NCBI GenBank assembly: GCA_946965045.2 | Contig: OX337242.1 | Span: 620,001 to 684,000 of the forward strand | Source: Epithemia pelagica | Taxonomy: Eukaryota; Protista; Bacillariophyta | Length of the DNA stretch: 64,000 bases | Direction of reading: 5' to 3' | Notes under the pieces: generated by a model | Told to the model about the DNA's origin: nothing | Database searches by the model: none | The model's input: the letters and a program-made list of their open reading frames with translations, nothing else | Shown: piece after piece, positions 31,314 to 42,916 of the stretch | Position numbering within the stretch: position 1 is the first letter of the stretch | How the letters are laid out: every line of letters begins with the position of its first letter | Position numbers and translations under genes: made by a program

Positions 31314-31759
31314 TGTGATTCTAGTGTTTCAACAATTAGGGAGTAGTAGAGTCAACTTCGAGTATGATGTACAAGGTATCGCCAGAGACGAATGAGAGAA
31401 AACGTTGCCGAGAGTTTGGATATGCAGAGCACAATTCACTGCAAACAACACACACCAAGAAGACCACAACAACAACCGTCAACAACAACAACAATTATTT
31501 GGAATCGAGTAGTTGCGTATTCTTCTGTCGGTCTCGCGCAGTTCTGCCGTTTTTGGTGACCGACTCGCCAATGCGACAAACGCGACCCGACTCTCGTATC
31601 TGCGATCACGCGCCTGGCAATGCCGCGACGCCCGCTTTCTACGGTTAAAAAGTACAGAAACGACTTATAGTACATACATTTTGAATTCGATCCATGTCTC
31701 GAAACGCCTTCCGAATTCCGACCATGAGAGATGAGAGGAACGACGTCCATATTTACTAC

Positions 31760-32814
31760 ATGGTGCCGTCTCTTGCTCTCTTATCCATTGCAGCGCCAAT
31801 CGTTTCGTCCTTCTCCTCGCCCCCTTTTCCTGTGTCTTTTCTGGGTAGACACCGAAACTTTCAACATCCATCAGCATTCATCATGAATTCGTCTTGTGGC
31901 AAACGCAAGCTTTCACAAAGTACATTAGATTTCACATCCTCGTTGACTCGAAGCAAGAAACGTGTGGCGAATGATGCTGCTGCTAGTGCCTTGTCAAATG
32001 GTTCTCGCCAATCGACCTCCAAAGTCACAACAACAGCCACCAGCGAAACCCACAAGAAAAAGGAGGAAGCATTCCACATCTATTGTGACATGGATGGCGT
32101 ATTGACGGATTTTGAAGCGGGCGTTCAAGCCTTGACCGGCAAACGTACCAAAGATCTGAGTAAGGGCCGTCTTTGGTCCAGCATTGCCAAAAGTCCCAAC
32201 TTTTATGAGCACCTGCCATGGATGGCAGATGGCGAAGAATTGTGGGAATCGATCCGACCCTTACGACCACGGATTTTGACAGGTTGTTCGGAAGGTGCCA
32301 AGGTACCCTTGGCCAAGTTTGAATGGTGCAAACGAGAATTGTGCGTCGAAGTCCAGCACTTGAATTATGCGGCACCCAAAAAGAAACATGTACGGGTCCA
32401 TTCCGAAACCGTCCATTCGACCAGGAATAATAATGGGCAAGCAAGAAAGGAGTCTTTGAACGAGGACAAACAAGACAAAAGTATTTGTTCCGTGATCACG
32501 TGTTGGTCCAGAAACAAGCATTATGAAAGTGGTCCAGGTCGGTACGTTCTTTGTCGAGTCCAGTGCTCTTGTGTTTTGTAGGTCTGTCGTAGAAAACGCA
32601 CCAGAACCAACCATTCTAATTCGAATTGGTGTTTTCTCTGGCTTGCTTGTTTGCACCAAACACAAGAGTCTTGATTGACGATCGCGAACAACTAAGACAA
32701 GCCTGGGAAGCCAAGGGAGGGATCTTCATTTTACATACGTCCACTGCGAATACATTGGACCAACTCGTATCCCGGAGCATTTTGCCATTGGCATCGGGTG
32801 AGGAAACAGCATAG
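31760..32814 (+). CDS. HAD-superfamily 5'(3')-deoxyribonucleotidase-like hydrolase, 2 exons
   Basis: Motifs YCDMDGVLTDF, LPWM, ILTG and K..WC. The intron 32542-32666 (GTACGT...AAG) joins GPGR|VLIDDR...WEAKGG.FILH. Alternative starts at 31694, 31760 or downstream. Confidence 0.85.
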
Positions 32815-33388
32815 AGTATGTGACACACAACGACGAGATTGTTTTTGGCAAACAACGAAGAGAATGGCTTGGACCATACACGCAACGTGGCCCTTCGCTC
32901 AGCACAGCCTGGAAAGTACCTGGTTGGATAGTAAAGAGATGTCGTAAGTGTGGTAGTAGGACTCCTACGAGAAATAGCAGGAGTTGGCGTGGATCGATCT
33001 TTGCTGCTGCTTCACCATAACGTTTGAAAAACGTGGTTGAATTATATTATTAGCCGTCATGCATTGGACGAGAAAATCGCTGCAGGACTCTGCTCGGACA
33101 ATACCACAACGGGGGACTTTAGGTTTAGGATTATGCTGCAAAAAATAATAGCGCTCTATAGACTACTCTTGCTCTTACCATGAGTGAACCATTGCAAAGG
33201 TCTTGCGAGTGCTTACGGATATGGAGCAAGTCCTCATGGGTTCTATTTACAAACTGGGACCGACGATTGCCACGATCACCGGTTCAACCGAGTTTCGCCG
33301 TCCACAGCGTCGTTCGAACACGACTAACTCTGTCTCCAGAAGCGGATGGGTCGTTGGGAGGTAGCGTGTTTGTTCGTTAGTGTGTGTG

Positions 33389-33667
33389 TTACAGAGGCGG
33401 CAAATCGGTTCGACAAATGGGACATTCCATCTTGATGTCCATCCATTGCATCAAACAATCGCGATGAAATAAATGATCGCAGGGTGCCAGCATGTAGGAT
33501 TGTCGCACCACATCAATGGGTTCCCAACAGATACTGCAATCCAATGCCGAGGGTGATGAGGCTGTCGGTGGTGTAGGTGTCATGGTCGTCATGGTGGTTC
33601 GACTAATCTTGGTCCTTCTCGAAGATTGTCGACTGGGCATTCTACCTCTTTTTGACTTTAGTTTCAC
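33389..33667 (-). pseudogene. Isolated TUL1-type RING-H2 module lacking the TM region
   Basis: CSICWEPI...YMLAPCDHLFHRDCLMQWMDIKMECPICRTDLPPL* is paralogous to the C-terminus of 1597-3366. In-frame stop about 45 nt upstream of the ORF, and no TUL1 TM-coding sequence seen upstream. Confidence 0.6.
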
Positions 33668-34845
33668 TGGGGTCTCTCCAGGAGTAGCTGCTTGGAGAGA
33701 AACGCCCTTTCATAGAGGCTTCGAGTATACACTCCGTCATGGCACCCGAGCGCAAAAAGTAGCATTCTTACAAAGGTCTTCTTCGTTGGGACAGGTTCTA
33801 TTCGTTGTGACACGGCCAAACACATGCCATGGAAGCAGGACCTTGTTCCACAACAACGGTTTATCGAAGTCGACTTCACACCGTCAAGTCTCAATCGAGA
33901 AAGGAGATGCGCAATGTCTACAATGGCGGGATGACGACGGATCCGAGGTGACGTAACGTCATTGGATGGGGAATACTAACCTACTGAACGGAGTTGCAAT
34001 GTCTTGGCTGTACACTCCGAAAAGGTGTTCGGGGGAGCCTCGTCAAGATTGCTCAATTGGTCCCAATTGCAGGCAACTTGGTTCGAGGTCGAGAAAAAGC
34101 AGTATGGAATAGATTTTGGGGGGTTGTCGGTGACCCTCGCCAAGTCATTGCAAGGTACCTTACTTTTAAGTACACCCATTAGAGGGAGTGTCCAGCCTCG
34201 CTATCCAGCGAGTTGGTACGGAGTACAAGCAGTCATTCGTCAATCTTGTCCTCTCGCCATTCTTGTCGCTCCCTCTTCCGAGCTACCTCGAATCTCGAGA
34301 GTTTGTGTGGCGTTGATTTTCGCAAGATTGAGTCTCTACCGATCACCGAGAGATGGTCGAAGAGAATATAGTGAGGGATGAGAGCATCAAAAGTCTTTCG
34401 ATTTCCCATTCTCAGTTCCGAATGGAATCCAGTGAAAAGAAGAGTGTTTGCTGGTACACCCTATCATTAAGATTCATAAATTAATATTACTTGTTGTACG
34501 ATATTACTCTATGACGCGTCAGAGAGTAAATAGGCGTCATAGAGTAAATAGGGGAAAACATAGGCCTATCTTTATCCAGGATCCACGGGTTAAGTACTGC
34601 ATGACGGGCAATTCTAATTTTTGGGGGTAATGACAATGACTTTTGGTCATAGCCTAAAAAGACTGGAGTTAAACGACTGACGTTCCAACTGCCAACCCAC
34701 CCATCTTCTTACACTCCGCCGTGGGACACTGAGGTTCACATCATCATGTCTGTCCAAGTCAAAGCTCTTTTGACGATTTCACAATTTCCCATACAACCAA
34801 AAAACCAAGTCTTCGTTCTTGACTACAATTCTCTTCTTGTTCACC

Positions 34846-35382
34846 ATGCGTTCCTTTACTTTCACAGGAAACTTTTGGGCTGCGTTCTTGCTCATTGCAA
34901 CGATTTTCATTGGTCCAAGTGCTGATGCGAGGCATTACAATCAATATGGCGGTGACTACTTCTTTAGCACCACGACCTACGCCTCCGGAGAGCAAGAGCT
35001 TCCCACTGTTCACACCATGACAAGGGGTGCCATGTTTCTCAAGTTTCAAAAAGACTTTTCCAGAATCAAGTACCGAGTGAGACTCATGAACGGTGTCGGT
35101 GTCACCATGGCTCATTTACATTGTGGTGCAGCTGGTGAAACTGGAGCCGTCCTTGTCAATTTATTCCAATTCCAGGGAAACATGACCGTTGGAGTCGATA
35201 TCAATGGTGTCCTCGTCCATGGCGACTTGTTGAACGACGACATTATCAATCAAACCTGTGCCAACCGTACCATCAACAACGTTGCCAGTCTTTACAATCT
35301 CGTCAGGGAGGGTTTCGTGTACCTAAACGTGCACACGGTTGACAATCCGGCAGGAGAAGTCCGAGGCCAATTCTTTGTATAA
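34846..35382 (+). CDS. Secreted stand-alone CHRD-domain protein, paralog 1
   Basis: Signal peptide from ATG 34846. CHRD motifs SGEQE.P, AHLHCG..G..G.V and YLNVHT..NPAGEVRGQ. Confidence 0.9.
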   Translation: MRSFTFTGNFWAAFLLIATIFIGPSADARHYNQYGGDYFFSTTTYASGEQELPTVHTMTRGAMFLKFQKDFSRIKYRVRLMNGVGVTMAHLHCGAAGETGAVLVNLFQFQGNMTVGVDINGVLVHGDLLNDDIINQTCANRTINNVASLYNLVREGFVYLNVHTVDNPAGEVRGQFFV

Positions 35383-35932
35383 CCGAGATGCATGCCGAAT
35401 CTCATACCACCGTGGAAACGGTGGCTAGTCCGTAATTTCTGTTCACTCCATCTACTACTAAACAATCGCACTTTTATTCACCTCCCGCTCGTTGACCTAA
35501 CCCTAACCACGTCATGTAGACTGAAATAAAGACTCGTGAAAACGAACGGTAGGATTCGCCTTATGCGATGGCTGTAACACTCTAGTCAAAACACCAAAGA
35601 GAATGATGGCAAAAAGATCTTTTCTGCTTTCACATCTTTGCAGAACCTGCGCTTGATCACACCAAAGAAAAGAACTGCTCTCACAGGAAGAACGACAAAA
35701 GCTCGTGGGGTGGTTCTTTCGTACTCACAAGATACAAGATACCGTTGGTCTATTGAGACACTCTTTGAATTTTGAATAGGAACATCATTGATTTGAATGA
35801 TGTGGTGTTTGTGAAGCACCCCCAGACCCCAGTGTTCCTGTTCCAAGCTATTCCTCAAGGAGAATGATTACACACGATACAGGGTCCAGAGTTGGGGCAT
35901 TTTGCATATTTTGAGCATGATTGACTCGTTGA

Positions 35933-35982
35933 GGGTCGGTCTTATCGACACGATTTCTTCGCATTCTTCGCAAATCTTCGCA
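35933..35982 (+). repeat. Left TIR (50 bp)
   Basis: GGGTCGGTCTTATCGACACGATTTCTTCGCATTCTTCGCAAATCTTCGCA, the exact reverse complement of 42451-42500. Confidence 0.95.
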
Positions 35983-36367
35983 CACCTCCGGGGACACCCA
36001 AAAGTTGCGAAACTTCGTTCAGTCTTAACGAGAGTGCGAAGCTTCGCACACCTTCGCAATGACACTATGATTGCTATGGCGCTATAGAGAATTGGATATT
36101 CTATACTAGGAGTAATCCTACTCCAAGCAATAAGTAGGAACACAGGGGAGAGTACTTGCAAAACAATGGAGAACTGTTAGTCGTCCATTGCTACCCCGCA
36201 TGACGTGCCCAACAAAGGGGATCTTCAATTGTTGTTGCCAGGCATCCAACGCAGTCGCTCGTAGAGCCAGTCATCAACTCGTTCTCACAGTCGAAAGTCG
36301 AAACAATTGCCGAAGGTCGAAAGAACAGTTGTCACTGAATCCGGATTGTCGTTGCTCGTGCACATTG

Positions 36368-36567
36368 TTCTCTTGTCTTCCACTGCACTGTTTGATTGTT
36401 GTTCGATAGAAGGGGATGGGTCATTTGGATTTCTCTTGTCTTCCACCACGCTGTTTGATTGTTGTTCGATAGAATCGATAGAAGGGGATGAGTCATTTGG
36501 ATTTCTCTTGTCTTCCACTGCACTGCTTGATTGTTGTTCGATAGAAGGGGATGGGTCATTTGGGTTT
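36368..36567. repeat. Three tandem 63/72-bp units inside the TIR element
   Basis: Unit TTCTCTTGTCTTCCAC...GATTGTTGTTCGATAGAAGGGGATG.GTCATTTGG starts at 36368, 36431 and 36503. A related partial copy lies at 42211-42255. Confidence 0.9.
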
Positions 36568-36802
36568 GGCACATACTCCTAGGTATAAACCGTATTTTTG
36601 GGACTTCGGTCAAGACGGTCAAGGCACAGGAAAAGATTATTGCTGCACGGTTGTTTTGGCTCTGCAATTCCCGCCGTATTAGTGGTTCCCGCTAGCTCCT
36701 CGTCCTCCTTTGTTTGTACTTGACACACTGCCACATAAAACAGCGAATGAAGTGTCGTTGTCATCATGAATTCGCAGTGATATAAAAAGGCATAACCACG
36801 AG

Positions 36803-37083
36803 TGCTAGAACACTTTAAGACTGGCCTATTAGGTTTTGCTTTTCCCAAACTTATGATCTCATTACTAATATTTTGTTTTCGTTATCCTAATCGTATTCTG
36901 TGTTTGTTTGTGTCCCCGTGGGAGCAAGGCCTATTTCGACTCCCATTCAGCTGACCTGATCCCGTACATAGTTTCCCCAGTAGTCGAATCCCAAGGCGCT
37001 AATCCCGACCGTTATAGAGGCCACAGCGCTAATCCCGACCGTTATAAGGGCGACCATCAGTCAGGCCACAATAGGTTCCAACA
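36803..37083 (-). repeat. 3' LTR (281 bp)
   Basis: Matches 41800-42080 except GCAAGG versus GTAAGA. Contains a duplicated 21-mer GCGCTAATCCCGACCGTTATA. Confidence 0.97.
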
Positions 37084-37093
37084 CCCTCCCCTT
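37084..37093 (-). other. Polypurine tract
   Basis: AAGGGGAGGG directly abutting the 3' LTR on the minus strand. Confidence 0.9.
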
Positions 37094-37103
37094 GTGGCTG
37101 ACT

Positions 37104-40100
37104 TCAATCGGCCACAAAGACCAACCCATGACGAAGAAAGGTAGGACCATCAAGATTCTTGGTAAAGAGGTCCGCAGAATTGTCGTCAGTGCTGATCCAG
37201 TTGCATTTGAGAATTCCTTCTTCCTTGAGTTCTCGAAGGAAGAACATACGGACATCAATGTGACGTGTCCGACCACCAACTGCCCACGAATTGATGATAT
37301 CTTTTCCCCCTTTGTTGTCCATTTCAAGTAGCATAGGTAGTTTCACCTTAAGCCCCATGCTAAGAATAATTTGCCGAGCGAACAACATCGTCTGCACACA
37401 GTCCACAGCAGCCACCAATTCGGCTTCCGTAACGCTCAGGGTTATGATGTTCTGAGTCTTGCTTTTCGTTTGGATAGGTGCACCGTTGAGAAACACCGAA
37501 ATTCCACTAACACTCTTGCGATCGTGCTGTTTTGCGTAGTCACTGTCAGAACGGCCGCTGATCTCAAACTCGTAATCGGCTGTTCCATCCCACTGTCCTT
37601 CAGGTTAAGCAAAAGACCGCGCTGTTTGGTTGAGACGCAGTATTCCATCAAGCGGCGCATTGCCTTGTCATGCGCAAGAGAAGGTTCCTGCATGAACCGA
37701 CTCAAATCTCGAACGGCATTCGAAATGTCAGGGCGACTCCATTTCATTAAGTACAATAGCTTTCCAATCCCAGACCGAACTCGAAATGTGCCCTTAGCAT
37801 CCAAACGCGAACTCTCATCACCAGGTTGTAGTGTACTGTGCGGTACAGCAGGTGTTTTCGATGTACCCTCCCCCACTCCAAATTCGTCCCCAAAGCTGCG
37901 AAGAAGAACTGGTTGGGTAATTTTGACTGTGCGTTGTTCAGTACAAAATTCAATCTTGGCCCCCAAATATTCATCCAACGGTCCAATATCATCAACATCA
38001 ACCTTTCCCTTGAAGATTTCACGGAAATGCATAACTCCGTCTTTATTCCCCATCAGAATCATGTCGTCAATGTAGGACAGAAACAGGATAAGCCCAAATT
38101 GCGTCCAAGCAAAATATAAGCAAGGGTCAGCTTTGCTTCGATCAAAGCCCATACTCTGCATCAATTTCAACAGAAATTCCCAAAACATCTTAGCGGCTTG
38201 CTTGCATCCATAGAGCGTCTTCAACAGAAGCAACAACCAACCGTAGGGATAGAATTTCTCAAAACCTCTTGGGACTTCCATTGCCACTTTGTGTTGAGAT
38301 CGAAAACCACATTTTAGAAAAGCCCCTTTCACGTCCATTAAAGGAGCGTACCACCCAGCCAAAATCATCATCACAAAGGCAATTTTCACGGTGAGTTCGT
38401 TGACCACCGGTGCGAATAAATCATCACGATCGTACGACACTCCTTCGCGTTGTTTGAAACCCCGAGCTGCCAAACGAGCACGATACTTTCCACTGGCCTT
38501 TTTCTTCATAGACCAGGTCGAATCGATGATGTCGCAATTGGGAGGCAAATCTTCTTTCCGAATGGGCACCCAGACGCCACAATCAATCATGCGTTGATGT
38601 TCCTCATCAACTGACTTGACCCAAGCATCCTTGTCAGCTTGCGCCATTGCCTCATCGAAGGTCATCACCTTGAGCTCTTTTGTATTCGTGATGCCTTGCC
38701 CCAATCCGGCACCCACCATGGCCAATTCTTCATCCAGGAAGCTATCGGCATCAGAGTCCAATGCCTGAAGGGCATGGTAATAATTCTGTTCTGCTTTGGA
38801 CAACACGACTTGTCCAATTTCAGCAATCAACCGTTGTGGTGCTCGTACGGTACGACCTGTACGCGTCGTCGTTGTTTCAACGGGCTCCGGAATCACAATA
38901 TTCCGCACTGGAGCCGTGGATTCGTCATTGCCTGTGCTCACGTTCGCCTCAGGCATCGGATCATCCGGTTCATCTTCATTGTTGGTATTGTTGTCGTCCG
39001 CATCGCCGTCATTTCCGCCATGGTCGTCTTGGCCATGGTTTTCGCGACCATTTCCGCGACTCTCCCCGTGATTCGATGCAGCTTCAGCATCCACGACTGG
39101 ATTGGTCTGTAGTTCCTTGACATTAGGAGGTTTCTTGTAGTATAGTCGCTTTAGCCAAGTCACGTCGCGTGATTCCCGAACACGACCCGTTTTGGGATCA
39201 AACATCCGATAACAGTCACCCGGATGATCACGTGCATACCCAACGAAGAAACAATGTACACCTTTGTCCATTAATTTCGGGGAAGTTTTAGTCTTGATCT
39301 CGACTGTTCCGGCTTCCCCCCAAACTCGCAAGTGTTTTGCGAACGTTGGCACTTTCCCCCAAATGTGTTCGTATCGAGTCGCAGATCTTCCCCCATGATC
39401 CACAACAACCAAGCCGTCCAAAAGCGTTGCCGTCATGCAAGCCTCGTGCCACAACTTGAAGCGGATTTCGATGGGGATATTAGCACGGTGCATCATCGCA
39501 CGTGCTCGATTCATCACGGTAGCAAATCCCACCTCAGCGACAGAATTTTGCTGGGGTGTATCACGCGCAGTGAACTCAAACTGGATTCCAAGCTGCCACT
39601 TTTCATTTTGACACCGTTTCTGCAAGGCCTTGTTCTCGCCTGCATTGTCCAACCGAAGGTGAGTGATGGATACACCATGTTGTTTCAACAATGCCATTTT
39701 CTCACATGTGTCCTCTGGCATTTCGTCTTTGGCATCATAGAACTCGGAAAGCTTGAGCTGGATTTTCGGATGGACCACCAAGATTCTCCACTGCGGCTTC
39801 GACGGAATTGGCATGTCTGGCTTCTTCTTGATCGAGGCCATGTCGAGGTAAGCACGAAGTTGTTTCTCGTCATCGTGTTCCCTGTCATCTTCTCCATTCT
39901 CATTTCGCGGCAAGTTCTTCTGTTTTGCCTTTCCAGCTGCGCAAGCTGCACATTTTGGCATCGTTGTCTTGGTGAGTTTCCATCCAAGTTTCTTGGCTGT
40001 TTCGATTACCGCTTTCTCTCCGATATGACCCAGTTTCTCATGAGCCTGTTCCATTGTCATCTTGATTTGTTCTTCACTTGTCGCTGCGTTTCCCAACTCG

Positions 40101-41764
40101 GTCCTTTCAAAATACGCGGCAAAAATCACTCCCTTGGGCGTTTGGATCTTGATATCGAAGATGATTTCCTGCCCATTCTTGGTAAGTCGGATCGACTGTT
40201 TGTCTCCTTCCAATTTCCATCCACTCATCTGCATTTTCGTGATGCTGAACAGGTTGAATCCACCGCTTGGAACCACGCTGACGTCTTGCATCTTCACACG
40301 GTTGAGCGCGTTTCCATTCTTGTCGTGCAACACTCCAGGTAAGTTGCCAACTTCCACGACCTTTTCTGTTTTATTGTTGCCCATGGTGATCCCTTTCTCA
40401 TCATGTTGTTTCTTCACATCAACCATTCCGACGCGAAACGGAGTCATATGCGTCGTCGCTCCTGTGTCCGCGATCCATACATTCGGATCTGTCAGGAGAC
40501 TTTGGATGGCTGGGAATTCCATTTCCTTCGCCATACCAGCACAACAAATCTCCCTGTCCACTTCATCTTCATCGTCATCGGATACAACAATCAACGAGTC
40601 GTCGACGCTTTCATCGTCCTCTTCACCCAACAAACTGATCCAATCGAGGTCTTCATCGTCGCCTCTTGTCTCTTCGTCGTCGGTGTCGCTCACGATCTCG
40701 TGATCGAGTACCGAATCGGGGAGTTCCTCATATTCGTTGTGCTCGTCTTCATCATCGGTATCTAACCATACCATGTTCTGTGGAGGTAAGTCGACCGCAC
40801 AAGTGATGATTTCGACGCTGCCTTCGACATCCGTCTCACCACTGTCCTTTGCCACTTTGCCATGCTCCTCGACCTTGTACCATTCGGGCCTCTTGTCTTT
40901 GTTCTCGGGTTTTATCCAGCAGTCTGCGGCCTTGTGCCCGACCTTTCCGCAATGATGGCACTTGCCCTTGAATTTGTAAGTCTTCTTACCGTCACCTTTC
41001 CCACTTTTCTTGCTTGACTTTGACTTTCCTGACGTTGAACCTTGTTTGTCTCCAGCTGCGAGACCAATCTCGTTGTCTTCGTCTCCGTCGTCTTGCAGGA
41101 AATTCTTGGTGCGCTGACCATAAAGTGCGCGCCAGTGCAACCGCATAACGTCTTCGATGTGGTCTGACGTCAATGTCGCACCTTGCTGGCGTTGCTCGGA
41201 CACAATAATCGACTGGTATTCTCGCGGAGCTGCTTCAATCGCAATCGCAATTTTCTCCTCATCATCAACCGTCACGTTGAACATATTTTCAATCTGCCCA
41301 ATTTGGCTGAACAGAGTAGTCGGATCTTCTTTCTTGGTCATGGCCACTTTACCCAACAACCTTCGCATCTCAATCTTCGATACAGTGTCAGTCGGCTTGA
41401 ATCTCTTGTGCAATGCAGCAATCACCTTCCAGGCCAAACCATCGGGCCATTCATCCGTCTGAGATTCGGTCAGCATTCGGATCATCTGAGGGCTTGTCAT
41501 CGCGAGGTTCAAGGCACAAAAGGCTGCCGCATTCTTCTTCTTGGCCAAAGCTTGTTTTCCTGCCACTGTTGTATCGGTATCAAGAGGTGAATCGTCCCGC
41601 AAAGGCAAGTCAGTGTCAGGCCCATCTTTGCTGATCGCCGACTTGAATCCATGCGCCACTGCATATGAACGAAAGTTCATGAACCAAACTTGGAAATTTT
41701 CGTGCTTTCCATCGAACGTCTGCAAACGTAGATGCTTTAGTGATAAGTCGTCTACCGTAGCCAT
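37104..41764 (-). CDS. Copia gag-pol polyprotein with a 1-bp frameshift before the RNase H domain
   Basis: ATG 41764. Zn knuckle CHHCGKVGHKAADC, protease WIADTGATTHM, GAG-pre-integrase HEKLGH..C..C, integrase LRLDNAGE and QNSVAE, RT RARLAARGF, DVKGAFL and YIDD. RNase H (SDSDY..EAE..MDN..HIDVR..ADLFTK) is in a shifted frame after about 37603. Confidence 0.95.
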
Positions 41765-41799
41765 TGTTGTCTCGAGCGATCTCCTTTCGCTTCGAAGCG

Positions 41800-42080
41800 T
41801 GCTAGAACACTTTAAGACTGGCCTATTAGGTTTTGCTTTTCCCAAACTTATGATCTCATTACTAATATTTTGTTTTCGTTATCCTAATCGTATTCTGTGT
41901 TTGTTTGTGTCCCCGTGGGAGTAAGACCTATTTCGACTCCCATTCAGCTGACCTGATCCCGTACATAGTTTCCCCAGTAGTCGAATCCCAAGGCGCTAAT
42001 CCCGACCGTTATAGAGGCCACAGCGCTAATCCCGACCGTTATAAGGGCGACCATCAGTCAGGCCACAATAGGTTCCAACA
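41800..42080 (-). repeat. 5' LTR (281 bp)
   Basis: Direct repeat of 36803-37083 with TG/CA termini. Confidence 0.97.
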
Positions 42081-42450
42081 ACGAGCAAAACCTCCACTAT
42101 CTGCTTGAAACAACATGTAGGAGTAGGGGGCTCTCGTCGTAAACTGACACTTCTTTCGAAAGAAATGGAAGACCCGGGCCTTCGTCCACGACGGCAGATG
42201 CATTGCATTGCACTGCTTGAATGTTGTTCGCAGGGGATGAGTCATTTCATTTGGCCCATGGATGTAGCCATGGGTGTGATGTCCCTTTAGGAGAGTTAGG
42301 GAAAACTAGAGGAGAAATTGCGTGTACTACCCGACAAAAATGCTGCTACCCTACGACCTTCGCAAAAACCTTCGCAAATCCTCGAATCTGCGAAATGGGC
42401 CACTTGCGAAGATTTTCTTCGCAAAATTTGGGCAAACCGACCCGGATATA

Positions 42451-42500
42451 TGCGAAGATTTGCGAAGAATGCGAAGAAATCGTGTCGATAAGACCGACCC
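42451..42500 (-). repeat. Right TIR (50 bp)
   Basis: Exact reverse complement of 35933-35982, followed by TSD TGA. Confidence 0.95.
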
Positions 42501-42916
42501 TGACGGTTACTGATGTGTTGTTCAAATTGTGATGGGAGAGAGTAAAAGGCTGTTCCCTTCATATCTGTAACTGTAACGGGATTTGAGATTTTGGTCTGTC
42601 TCATACCTCGTACACTCCATCTCAAACTCCATTGTCCATTTTACGAGTTGGATAGATCCTCTGTTTATACCGGATGCTAAGAAATCCCATTGACACAAAA
42701 TTGCCCATGGCATTAGCTTCCGAGTCGGAGCACAAGGCTATTTTAGTTATGGGGAGAGACAGCTTTACAAGACCGTTGCAACGGTCAACTGTCAGATGGT
42801 ACTCCGCATCACGAAAATCCTTCGATCCCTCTCTCTCATAATTTCGATTTCTCCCACAACAGGCTGCACTTCACGGGTTTTTGGTTTTGACTTATAATAA
42901 TAATACCATAATCATC

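Larger units (their letters stand above)
36803..42080 (-). mobile_element. Full-length Ty1/Copia LTR retrotransposon (CoDi-like)
   Basis: Two 281-bp TG...CA LTRs differing at 2 positions. 5-bp TSD ACGAG at 36798-36802 and 42081-42085. PPT present. Domain order gag-PR-IN-RT-RH. Confidence 0.97.
35933..42500. mobile_element. Non-autonomous TIR DNA transposon (PIF/Harbinger-like), about 1285 bp without its nested Copia
   Basis: Perfect 50-bp TIRs at 35933-35982 and 42451-42500, starting GGGTCGGTC. 3-bp TSD TGA at 35930-32 and 42501-03. Subterminal TTCGCA/TGCGAA arrays. No transposase seen. GGG ends with a 3-bp TNA TSD are PIF/Harbinger-like. Confidence 0.85.

Noticed and set aside
35407-35428. 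Hairpin CCACCGT-GGAA-ACGGTGG followed by CTAG, like a Helitron 3' end
   Set aside because: There is no spacer between the hairpin and CTAG and no matching 5' TC end was identified. It lies in the CHRD1 3' region.
35581-35772. YRWSIETLF resembling the IS4-type Y..RW.IE..F transposase motif
   Set aside because: The Tyr spacing is wrong, the frame is short and stop-bounded, and no other DDE motifs are present.
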